Source: an uncultured Chitinophagales bacterium | GTDB lineage: Bacteria; Bacteroidota; Bacteroidia; Chitinophagales; JADIYW01 | Direction of reading: 5' to 3' | NCBI GenBank assembly: GCA_964490845.1 | Contig: CAZBED010000003.1 | Span: 194,255 to 258,254 of the forward strand | Length of the DNA stretch: 64,000 nt | Shown: piece after piece, positions 37,621 through 45,082 of the stretch | Layout of the letters: every line of letters starts with the position of its first letter | Numbering within the stretch: the first letter of the stretch is position 1 | Notes under the pieces: model-generated | Seen by the model: only the letters and a program-made list of their open reading frames with translations | Databases searched by the model: none | Told to the model about the DNA's origin: nothing | Program-made: the position numbers and the translations under genes

Positions 37621-38967
37621 ATGAAAATCAAATATTATTTAACACGTCCCAATGCGGAAACCGAAACCGCAATATTTGCCAGAATATCTTATTCAGGCAG
37701 AATGTTTAAGTTTTACCTACCCAAAAAGGTAATCCCCTCGAAATGGAATTTTACTACTAAAAGGTTAAACGCATCCACAAATGAGGACAAAAAACTAAAC
37801 TCCTATCTTGACCGTTCAATTACGGACATTAAAAACGTGTACGATAAGTACGTTTTAATTCACAACATCCACCCCTCCACCGATACCTTTAAGGAGTTGT
37901 TAGACAAAGAATTTAAGGATATAGAACCAGAAAAAACCAAATCAAAGGATATTGACAAACGTTTTACACTGTTTGGATACTTCGCAGATTTAATAGAAAA
38001 ATCAGAGAACGGCGAACGCACCAACCCCAAAACGAGTAAACCAATTAGTAAGAATACAATCAAGACGTACAAGACCACCGAGAAACTTTTGAAAGAATTT
38101 CAAAGGGAAACGCGCCGAAATGTAGACTTTAACACCATAGATTTAGAATTCTATGAGGCATTGAAAAAATACACCCTGAATAACAGGTATTCGGATAACC
38201 TAAAGAAAAAAAAGAAAAAAGACGATGTAAGTGTAGGATATTCTACCAATACGATAGGCAAACACATACAGGTGCTAAAGACGGTGCTAAACGAGGCAAC
38301 CGATTTAGGGTACAATACTAATATAAAGTTTAAGTCTGCCAAATTTCAGACATTAAGGGAGGACGTAGATACCATATACTTAACCGAAACGGAAATAACC
38401 GCCTTATCTAAACTTGACTTTGCAGGAAACAAGAAATATGAAACTGTCAGAGATTTGTTTTTAATCGGATGTTATACTGGAATGGCATACACCGACTATT
38501 CAGACATCAAAAAAGAACACATTTCAGGCGACTTCTTAAAGTATAAAAGACAGAAGACAGGCGTACAGGTGACGTTATACATTAAACCTGAATTAAGGAC
38601 AATCTTAGAGAAATACGCATACCACCTCCCTAAATCATATAGCAACCAGAAAACGAATGAATATCTAAAGGAAATAGGCAAATTAGTACCCGAACTAAAG
38701 GAAATAGTAGAACATAGCCAAACAATCGGTGGCAAAACAGTACACTCAAAAGTACCCAAATACAGTTTATTAGTTTCGCATACAGGACGCAGGTCTTATG
38801 CGAGTAATGCGTATTTATATGGAACTCCGATATTGTCAATTATGGCAACGACAGGACATAAGACCGAAAAATCGTTTATGAAGTATATCCGTTTAAGTTC
38901 GGACGAACACGCAAAAGTTGTACAGTTACACCACCAAACAAAAAGAAACGTTTTAAAAGTCGTTTAA
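37621..38967 (+). CDS. Tyrosine-type site-specific integrase with an N-terminal arm-binding-type domain
   Basis: 448 aa. N-terminus MKIKYYL...AIFARISYSGRMFKFYL resembles the arm DNA-binding domain of Bacteroidota integrases. C-terminal catalytic signatures are HTGRRSYAS (HxxR) and GHKTEKSFMKYIR (H...Y). Confidence 0.88.
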   Translation: MKIKYYLTRPNAETETAIFARISYSGRMFKFYLPKKVIPSKWNFTTKRLNASTNEDKKLNSYLDRSITDIKNVYDKYVLIHNIHPSTDTFKELLDKEFKDIEPEKTKSKDIDKRFTLFGYFADLIEKSENGERTNPKTSKPISKNTIKTYKTTEKLLKEFQRETRRNVDFNTIDLEFYEALKKYTLNNRYSDNLKKKKKKDDVSVGYSTNTIGKHIQVLKTVLNEATDLGYNTNIKFKSAKFQTLREDVDTIYLTETEITALSKLDFAGNKKYETVRDLFLIGCYTGMAYTDYSDIKKEHISGDFLKYKRQKTGVQVTLYIKPELRTILEKYAYHLPKSYSNQKTNEYLKEIGKLVPELKEIVEHSQTIGGKTVHSKVPKYSLLVSHTGRRSYASNAYLYGTPILSIMATTGHKTEKSFMKYIRLSSDEHAKVVQLHHQTKRNVLKVV

Positions 38968-38976
38968 ATTGCTATT

Positions 38977-39987
38977 ATGATTTATAAGACCATAGTATTA
39001 TCAGATAACCCAATACCATTTTTCGATACCGTTAAATACAGGGAGGTATATAAAAAACACAAAGAGTTTAAGGAATTAACTAACTATTCTGACAAATTGC
39101 AATTTTGGTTTGACAATGAATTGTTTGGGGGTTATCATTATATATTGTATAAAAACAAAACAGACAAAAAACCTAAAGAATTTTCACTTATACCCCAAAA
39201 TGAGGACGAAAACAAATTATTCAATTCAACCGTTTTTAAAATTTATTTTGACGGAGGCCTGGAGTTAAAGATGAAAGAAATAACAGAAACGATTAATAAT
39301 AGTCCCCTCCCGACAGAATACATAAATGATAGTATTAGTATAATTGAAACCAAAGTAAACGAATACTATAACAAACAAGTCAAAAACACAACGCCAGAAA
39401 TTAACAGTTTTAATGCCTATTGGTATGGTTATCAGGGAGTGAAAAATAACACTACCGAGAAACTGTTTAGTATGGATGCTGAAAAAACTGTTCTTTTATT
39501 ACGTCCCTTTGCAAGAGGTGCAATTGATGCACATATAAAGGCGTTTTTATTAGAAAAATTAAACAACCCAGAAAAAATAACAACACCTCCACCACCTCCA
39601 CAGGCTAAAGGTGAAAAACCAATAAAAGATATAACCCCACTAATACCATTAATGAATACAACCGATAAGAAAGAATTTATTTCCGTAATTAATTCAATCT
39701 ATGATTTGGTGAAATACATAAAAGAGAAAAAGAGAGCTGACAAGAAAAAAGTTCGTTACACTACTCATTTACTAATTGAAAAAGGGTGGTTAATTGACAG
39801 TAATTCCAATAAAAATGAATACATCAAAACAATTCTTGAATATTTTGGATATGTTGCAAATAGCAAGGATTTTGAAAGTTTTGAATATCCTATAATAAAT
39901 GACCTTGTAACCCCTGATAATAATAAAAAGTATAATTCTATATATACTATCATTAAAGACAGAGTAAACGCCAATAAAGTACACTAA
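38977..39987 (+). CDS. Hypothetical protein (element ORF2, 336 aa, two halves joined by a PPPPP linker)
   Basis: Long ORF 10 nt after the integrase stop. Lys/Asn/Ile-rich. No motif recognised. Confidence 0.6.
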   Translation: MIYKTIVLSDNPIPFFDTVKYREVYKKHKEFKELTNYSDKLQFWFDNELFGGYHYILYKNKTDKKPKEFSLIPQNEDENKLFNSTVFKIYFDGGLELKMKEITETINNSPLPTEYINDSISIIETKVNEYYNKQVKNTTPEINSFNAYWYGYQGVKNNTTEKLFSMDAEKTVLLLRPFARGAIDAHIKAFLLEKLNNPEKITTPPPPPQAKGEKPIKDITPLIPLMNTTDKKEFISVINSIYDLVKYIKEKKRADKKKVRYTTHLLIEKGWLIDSNSNKNEYIKTILEYFGYVANSKDFESFEYPIINDLVTPDNNKKYNSIYTIIKDRVNANKVH

Positions 39988-40028
39988 AAATACCACCTCG
40001 AACCCCCAATAAATACCACCTCGAACCC
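39988..40028 (+). repeat. Two 18-bp direct repeats AAATACCACCTCGAACCC, 23 nt apart (start to start)
   Basis: Exact copies at 39988-40005 and 40011-40028, between ORF2 and the HTH gene. Confidence 0.75.
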
Positions 40029-40086
40029 ACCAAAAGGAGTAAAAACCTACATCATATTTGTAGTGCCGAACAAAACAGGCATTACT

Positions 40087-40371
40087 ATGGATAGACAACA
40101 AATATTTACAAATGTTCCTTATGAGCAACTACTAAATGACTTAACGGAACGATTTAAACAGGCAACGCCCCAAATACAGGCAACGCCTCCACCACCTGAC
40201 AATCAAAACGATTTAATTACACGCAAGGAAACTGCAACCCTGTTAGGTATCACTTTGCCAACATTACACACATGGAGTTTACAGGGCAAACTAAAGGCAT
40301 ACCACATCAATACAAGGGTGCGATACAAAAGAGGTGAAGTATTAAAGGCGTTAACACATTCCAAACATTAA
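40087..40371 (+). CDS. Helix-turn-helix DNA-binding protein (excisionase/MerR-like HTH_17 type)
   Basis: C-terminal LITRKETATLLGITLPTLHTWSLQGKLKAYHINTRVRYKRGEV is the classic excisionase-family HTH. Start set at ATG 40087; the ORF track uses GTG 40063. Confidence 0.75.
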   Translation: MDRQQIFTNVPYEQLLNDLTERFKQATPQIQATPPPPDNQNDLITRKETATLLGITLPTLHTWSLQGKLKAYHINTRVRYKRGEVLKALTHSKH

Positions 40372-40382
40372 AATTTAAAATT

Positions 40383-40814
40383 ATGAGTTCAATTATTCCA
40401 AACTACCATTTAGCAGTATTCAACAATAATGTACAAACAGGATACTATGAGAAACAACCCGAAATGATACCATTTCTTAAAATTCCTTTTGAATTAAAGG
40501 TGGAGGCAACCCAGAGAGCTGACATTAAATCTTATGCTGAAAAACTTATAAGGGGTAAAGAAAAAACCAAAACAGGAAACTGGAAATTTTACAATGGACT
40601 ATTAAACACATCATATCCAAATTGGTATTGTGGCAATATTTGCGATTATTACAGAGGTCAAAAGAAGAACAATCTTGTAATACTTCATTTCAGCTCAAAT
40701 TATAGCACACTCCACCTATTTTATTTTACTGGATACGATAAGAACACAATTGAACAAAGGTTAAGGTTTGTAAATACCATTATTCCCAATTTAAAGTATG
40801 TGCATCAATTATAA
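40383..40814 (+). CDS. Hypothetical protein (element ORF4, 143 aa)
   Basis: ORF 11 nt after the HTH gene. No motif recognised. Confidence 0.55.
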   Translation: MSSIIPNYHLAVFNNNVQTGYYEKQPEMIPFLKIPFELKVEATQRADIKSYAEKLIRGKEKTKTGNWKFYNGLLNTSYPNWYCGNICDYYRGQKKNNLVILHFSSNYSTLHLFYFTGYDKNTIEQRLRFVNTIIPNLKYVHQL

Positions 40815-40893
40815 AAAAAGGAGGCGAAACCGCCCCCACGAATAGTGTTCAATTATTCTAAAATGATAAATCATTTATCCAACAAAGATAGTA

Positions 40894-42315
40894 ATGTTTG
40901 ACTACATTAAAATAAAAAATCTGGACGTTCAGGATATTAAGGCGTTAAGACAGAAATTAGGCATTTCTCTATCTGTGTGTGAATATAGTGGTGAAATATT
41001 AAAAGAACGGAAGATATCGGAAATAAATGGACTGCACATTCAGTTTTACGACAGGTACATAAGTTTAAAAGGTAGTATACACAAATACCACAACAAGGGG
41101 CAACATAACTATAATGACTTTTATGTTTCGGACGTATTGGACGTGTTGAAAAACCTACATCTGGAATTTGATATTAATCCCAGAACCAACCGCATAAATA
41201 ATTTAGAATTTGGCGTAAATATATCCGTTCCGTTCAATGCAGATAAATTCCTATTGAATTTAATTCTTCATAATGGAAAATACTTCACTGTCAGGCGTGA
41301 GAAAAAGATGACGTTCTATGAGTTCGTACACACCAACCATATAGTGAAGTTTTACAACAAGGGCAAACAATACCGCACCACGCACGATATAGACGGCGAA
41401 ATAATGCGATTTGAGATTAAAGTAATGCGTATGGAGTACCTACATTCAAAAGGCGTTAAAATTGAGTTTCTCAGCGATTTATTAAACACCTCTCTTTATT
41501 TCAAGTTAGGACAAATATTGACGACCACATACAATGAAATTCTAATTTACGACAGTTCCGTAAAAGTGGAGGCATTGACGACAAAACAAAGAGAGTTCTA
41601 TAAATTAGCTGAAAATTATAAATTCTGGATTGAATTAATTGAGGACTATACCAACGACAGGGACAACCCAAAGGGATACCGAAATAAAAGGATGTTCTAC
41701 CAACGGAAAGTAAAAGAGTTTAGGAATATACTACGCCACCACACTAAAGACAACAAGATACAGACAGTAGGTAATTTAATCTGCCAAAAGTGGAATGAAT
41801 TAACGGCATCAACCCCGAGAATACAGGAATTAATTAATGAATTTTTGCAGTCTGAAAAATGTAGCAATTTAACCGACAATTCAAATACAGGCGTAAATCA
41901 AAAATGTAGCAATTTAACACCTTGTATATACAGTCAATTTGCTACAAATACAACAATACCTAAATGCACTATTACAGGCATACCAATAACAAGAAACAAG
42001 GGTAAATATTTAAGTTCGTCCGATTTGTTGTACTACTATAAAAATGATATTGATTTATTCGAGAACCTGAAACGCACATACTATAAACCTAAAATTAAAA
42101 AAGACGATGATTTACAGAGTGTATGCTATTTTATTGCACATAATATCAGAAATAGTGAAACGAACAAACGAAACAATTTGCGTAGACGTATTATGCGTAT
42201 TATTTCCGTACCTACATTATTTGAGTTACAGGATATAGTTAAATTGAAATCAGAGCAAAGGGAAAGTATAGAGTTCTGGAACGGAACTAAATATGAGTTA
42301 AGACAGATTTTCTAA
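40894..42315 (+). CDS. Hypothetical protein, possibly a gene-II/CRI-type (rolling-circle) replication initiator
   Basis: 473 aa. The N-terminal third (MFDYIKIKNL..., SLKGSIHKYHNKGQHNYNDF, MRFEIKVMR) resembles, from memory, phage/plasmid replication protein II/X and Rep_trans families. The assignment is tentative. Confidence 0.4.
   Translation: MFDYIKIKNLDVQDIKALRQKLGISLSVCEYSGEILKERKISEINGLHIQFYDRYISLKGSIHKYHNKGQHNYNDFYVSDVLDVLKNLHLEFDINPRTNRINNLEFGVNISVPFNADKFLLNLILHNGKYFTVRREKKMTFYEFVHTNHIVKFYNKGKQYRTTHDIDGEIMRFEIKVMRMEYLHSKGVKIEFLSDLLNTSLYFKLGQILTTTYNEILIYDSSVKVEALTTKQREFYKLAENYKFWIELIEDYTNDRDNPKGYRNKRMFYQRKVKEFRNILRHHTKDNKIQTVGNLICQKWNELTASTPRIQELINEFLQSEKCSNLTDNSNTGVNQKCSNLTPCIYSQFATNTTIPKCTITGIPITRNKGKYLSSSDLLYYYKNDIDLFENLKRTYYKPKIKKDDDLQSVCYFIAHNIRNSETNKRNNLRRRIMRIISVPTLFELQDIVKLKSEQRESIEFWNGTKYELRQIF
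41855..41918 (+). repeat. Two 19-bp direct repeats AAAAATGTAGCAATTTAAC inside the Rep-like gene
   Basis: Exact copies at 41855-41873 and 41900-41918, a 45-nt period. They encode the duplicated peptide KCSNLT. Confidence 0.75.
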
Positions 42316-42333
42316 AGTAGCTAAAAATAGAAA

Positions 42334-42585
42334 ATGAACAAGGCAAAGAGTGGAGGCAGAACAACAGGGACACCGAATAAATTAACCAAGATACACCGAG
42401 AATTTATTCAATCGCTATTAGATAACCAAACGGCAAAGATTGAAACCGAATTGAGCAATTTGTCAGGTAAAGAGTATTTGACGGTTATTTTATCCCTTAT
42501 GGACTTTGCAATACCCAAACTATCAAGAATTGAGATGATAGACGATAATATCGAAAAGAGGGTAACGAGAATTGTAATAGAATAA
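42334..42585 (+). CDS. Hypothetical small basic protein (element ORF6, 83 aa)
   Basis: ORF 18 nt after the Rep-like gene. The N-terminus KAKSGGRTTGTPNKLTK looks like a basic DNA-binding tail. No family recognised. Confidence 0.5.
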   Translation: MNKAKSGGRTTGTPNKLTKIHREFIQSLLDNQTAKIETELSNLSGKEYLTVILSLMDFAIPKLSRIEMIDDNIEKRVTRIVIE

Positions 42586-42690
42586 ACAACCTTACTATCA
42601 ATTAACTAAGAATTTCCATAGTATCGCAGGGATAAATCTAATTCGGGGATGTTTAAATATTTCGTTATCGTTATCCATTATATCTCAAAA

Positions 42691-42714
42691 GTGTACCGCA
42701 AAGTGTACCGCAAG
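42691..42714 (+). repeat. Right copy of the 24-nt GTGTACCGCAA tandem repeat (candidate arm-type sites)
   Basis: Identical to 37560-37583. Lies 42 nt inside attR. Confidence 0.7.
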
Positions 42715-42728
42715 TCACATTTTAAAGT

Positions 42729-42762
42729 AAAAACGCCTCGCAAGTTATTCACTTACAAGGCG
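42729..42762 (-). terminator. Terminator hairpin of tRNA-Phe (attR side)
   Basis: Arms CGCCTCGCAAGT (42734-42745) and ACTTACAAGGCG (42751-42762) with loop TATTC. The two non-Watson-Crick positions are G-U in the minus-strand transcript. Followed on the minus strand by T5 (42729-42733). Confidence 0.65.
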
Positions 42763-42791
42763 TTATAAAAAATTGTTGTGGTGTGGGGCGG
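42756..42791. repeat. attR: 36-bp direct repeat overlapping the 3' end of the intact tRNA-Phe
   Basis: CAAGGCGTTATAAAAAATTGTTGTGGTGTGGGGCGG; see attL at 37396-37431. Confidence 0.8.
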
Positions 42792-42851
42792 GATCGAACC
42801 GCCGACACAAGGATTTTCAGTCCTTTGCTCTACCGACTGAGCTACCGCACC
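42779..42851 (-). tRNA. tRNA-Phe (anticodon GAA)
   Basis: Minus strand reads GGTGCGGTAGCTCAGTCGGTAGAGCAAAGGACTGAAAATCCTTGTGTCGGCGGTTCGATCCCGCCCCACACCA. It has a D arm GCTC/GAGC, anticodon stem AAGGA/TCCTT with loop CTGAAAA, and T arm GGCGG-TTCGATC-CCGCC. CCA is not encoded. There is one C-A mismatch in the acceptor stem. Confidence 0.9.
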
Positions 42852-42865
42852 GAAATATTGGAGTG

Positions 42866-42873
42866 CAAAGATA
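42866..42873 (-). promoter_or_regulatory. -7 promoter box (TATCTTTG) for tRNA-Phe
   Basis: Plus strand CAAAGATA, 15 nt upstream of the mature tRNA 5' end. Confidence 0.5.
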
Positions 42874-42916
42874 GAATTTTATTTTAAACAAACAATAAAA
42901 AATGGTATAATTGTAT

Positions 42917-45079
42917 ATGGAAGGTGCTGATACAGGGCAAAAACATCATCTAAGCAAATCTGTACTGGCGTTTATTGTTTCATTTGCCATGGTATGTTTC
43001 TTTCTGGTCATTCACCACGAAATTTACCTGCCCATTGGCAAAAACCTGTCCGACTACAGCGGCGATGGCGTACGAAACCTTTATACTTTTGCATACTACT
43101 TAAATTACGACAAAAGCATCCATTTTTCCGGCCTGTTTTTTCCGTTTAAAGAACATATCATCTATATGGATGCTCAGCCTTTTTGGGTTTGGGTGGTACA
43201 GCTTACAGAAAAACTATTCCGTTTTCATGTAGAGAATCCTATTATTTACATACATCTTATTTTATTGCTCAATGTCTTTTTGTGTTCGTTTTTCATATTC
43301 CTGATTTTATTTCATTACTGCGAACAGTATATTTTTGCGACGGCGGGAACATTTGTCATCGTGCTGATGTCCCCACAACTGTTCAGGTTCTCGTCTCACT
43401 ATGCATTAGGAAATATGGGAATTTTTCCGTTGTTCTGGTACGGATACATACAGCTTGCTGAGCACACTAAGATATTAAAACGTATTTGCTATCTGATTGC
43501 ACTTAGCTTAACAGGATATATCCATCCATATATGCTGTTAATGCTGGTTTTCTTTTTCCTCTCGTATGAATTTATTTACTCGATTACTTATCGCCGTATC
43601 CGTTATATCAACCTACTGACGACGGCAGGCGCCTTATTTATCTTCCAGCTAAGCATAGTGCTTGCAGATACGGTTACTGACCGCCCTACAAAAGCATGGG
43701 GTGCTAAAGAATATGCCTCAACATTGCACGATATTTTACTGCCACTGGATGGAAGTATAAAGCAGCAGTTTATCAAATGGATCCCAAAGATACCCGCAGG
43801 ATGCACTGAGGGGCATGCTTACATTACAATATTCGGTATTGTGGTAATCCTGCTGTTGATTATCCGTTTTTTCAGTGCGCTCGTTTCCGGAAAACTGAAG
43901 CTCGGGAAGCCGGAAAATGGCTCTGCAACTCATTGGTTGCTTGCCAGTATTCCTGTCTTGTTGTTTGCCTTTTTTATTCCGTTTCGCTGGAACATGGATT
44001 GGCTAATTAACAGTATTCCTCCCTTAAAACAGTTTCGGGGCACAGGAAGGTTCGCGGTTGTATTTTATTATTCTTTTCTCGTCTACAGTTTCGTTTATTT
44101 AAAGAACCTGTTTGACAGAAAGCCAAAGGCCACCCTGGCGCTTCTGTTGGTATGTTTTGTAATAACTGTCTTTGATATCTTCAATAATGCCGGCTACCTT
44201 ACCGATTACCACCGTAAATATGGCAAATACAACGCCTATGATGAGTCTAAGCAAAAATGTACTCAGTTAGTCTCAAAAATTAAAAACATACAGGATTACC
44301 AATGTATCATTACATACCCTCCGTCTACCGGGGGCACCGAGGTGATGTGGCTGGGTGGTAGTACTGTTGCAAATATCTATTCCCTTTGGGTATCTTATTT
44401 CTATCATCTGCCTATAGCCGCTGTCAATTCGGGCAGGGCTTCCTATTCCAATACTATGTCACTGTTGCAATTGGCCGGCGCTTACTCTTCGCCAAAGCCC
44501 ATTTTGAATAAATTTGACAAAAACAAACATTGCCTGGTATTTACTTCTGCCGACCATTTGGAAGACAATGTCCCAATACTGAAAGACGCTGTATATATTG
44601 ACAGAATGGATGATCTGATTCTGCTTGATATCGATCTGAATAAATTAACGGCGACCACTCCTCACACCTTTAAGCCAACATGGATTGATTCTTCATACCA
44701 CCTGCTGGCAGAGACAACTTTTGATCATCAGAAAAACGGTAAGTTGTTTTTAAAAGATAATAACGACATGCGGGAGATATTAACGGTACAGACAGGTGAC
44801 AGCAAAAATGATAAGACAATAAGAGTCCTGTTTTGGTATACTCCCAAACTGACGAATGATTCTGAAGTACCTGTTGTAGTCGCATATACCGGTAAAGAAA
44901 AAGGAGCACAAACCATAACGGCATGGAGGGAAGTACAGACTCAGACTTATAACTATGTTAACGGATGGTTCTGTGTAGATTACAAATTTACTGTAAGCGG
45001 CAACACCAATTCAGTTACATTTAAAGCTTCTTCTAAAGATATATTAATGGATAACTTTAGCGTATACCTTCAGCAATAA
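42917..45079 (+). CDS. Large polytopic membrane protein with a C-terminal extracytoplasmic domain (GT-C/YfhO-like architecture)
   Basis: About 720 aa. Roughly 12 hydrophobic helices in the first ~420 aa, then a ~300-aa soluble part. First ATG at 42917. Convergent with, and 3 nt from, the GT2 gene. Confidence 0.6.
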   Translation: MEGADTGQKHHLSKSVLAFIVSFAMVCFFLVIHHEIYLPIGKNLSDYSGDGVRNLYTFAYYLNYDKSIHFSGLFFPFKEHIIYMDAQPFWVWVVQLTEKLFRFHVENPIIYIHLILLLNVFLCSFFIFLILFHYCEQYIFATAGTFVIVLMSPQLFRFSSHYALGNMGIFPLFWYGYIQLAEHTKILKRICYLIALSLTGYIHPYMLLMLVFFFLSYEFIYSITYRRIRYINLLTTAGALFIFQLSIVLADTVTDRPTKAWGAKEYASTLHDILLPLDGSIKQQFIKWIPKIPAGCTEGHAYITIFGIVVILLLIIRFFSALVSGKLKLGKPENGSATHWLLASIPVLLFAFFIPFRWNMDWLINSIPPLKQFRGTGRFAVVFYYSFLVYSFVYLKNLFDRKPKATLALLLVCFVITVFDIFNNAGYLTDYHRKYGKYNAYDESKQKCTQLVSKIKNIQDYQCIITYPPSTGGTEVMWLGGSTVANIYSLWVSYFYHLPIAAVNSGRASYSNTMSLLQLAGAYSSPKPILNKFDKNKHCLVFTSADHLEDNVPILKDAVYIDRMDDLILLDIDLNKLTATTPHTFKPTWIDSSYHLLAETTFDHQKNGKLFLKDNNDMREILTVQTGDSKNDKTIRVLFWYTPKLTNDSEVPVVVAYTGKEKGAQTITAWREVQTQTYNYVNGWFCVDYKFTVSGNTNSVTFKASSKDILMDNFSVYLQQ

Positions 45080-45082
45080 ATA

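Larger units (their letters stand above)
37396..42791 (+). mobile_element. About 5.4-kb integrative element inserted at the 3' end of tRNA-Phe
   Basis: Bounded by the 36-bp direct repeats. Has a tyrosine integrase next to attL and an HTH/excisionase-like gene. All six ORFs are co-oriented. Composition is visibly more AT-rich than both flanks. A 24-bp repeat lies just inside both ends. Confidence 0.8.

Noticed and set aside
39988-41918. CRISPR-like interpretation of the direct repeats inside the element
   Set aside because: Each repeat family has only two copies. One pair lies inside a coding region, and there are no regularly sized spacers or cas genes. The window contains no CRISPR array.
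37432-42755. Possibility that the element is a Microviridae-like or inovirus-like ssDNA prophage
   Set aside because: I recognise no ORF with the size and composition of a microvirus major capsid protein, no small hydrophobic coat proteins, and no Zot-like assembly ATPase. Integration is via a tyrosine integrase at a tRNA rather than XerCD/dif. I have kept it only as an unclassified integrative element.
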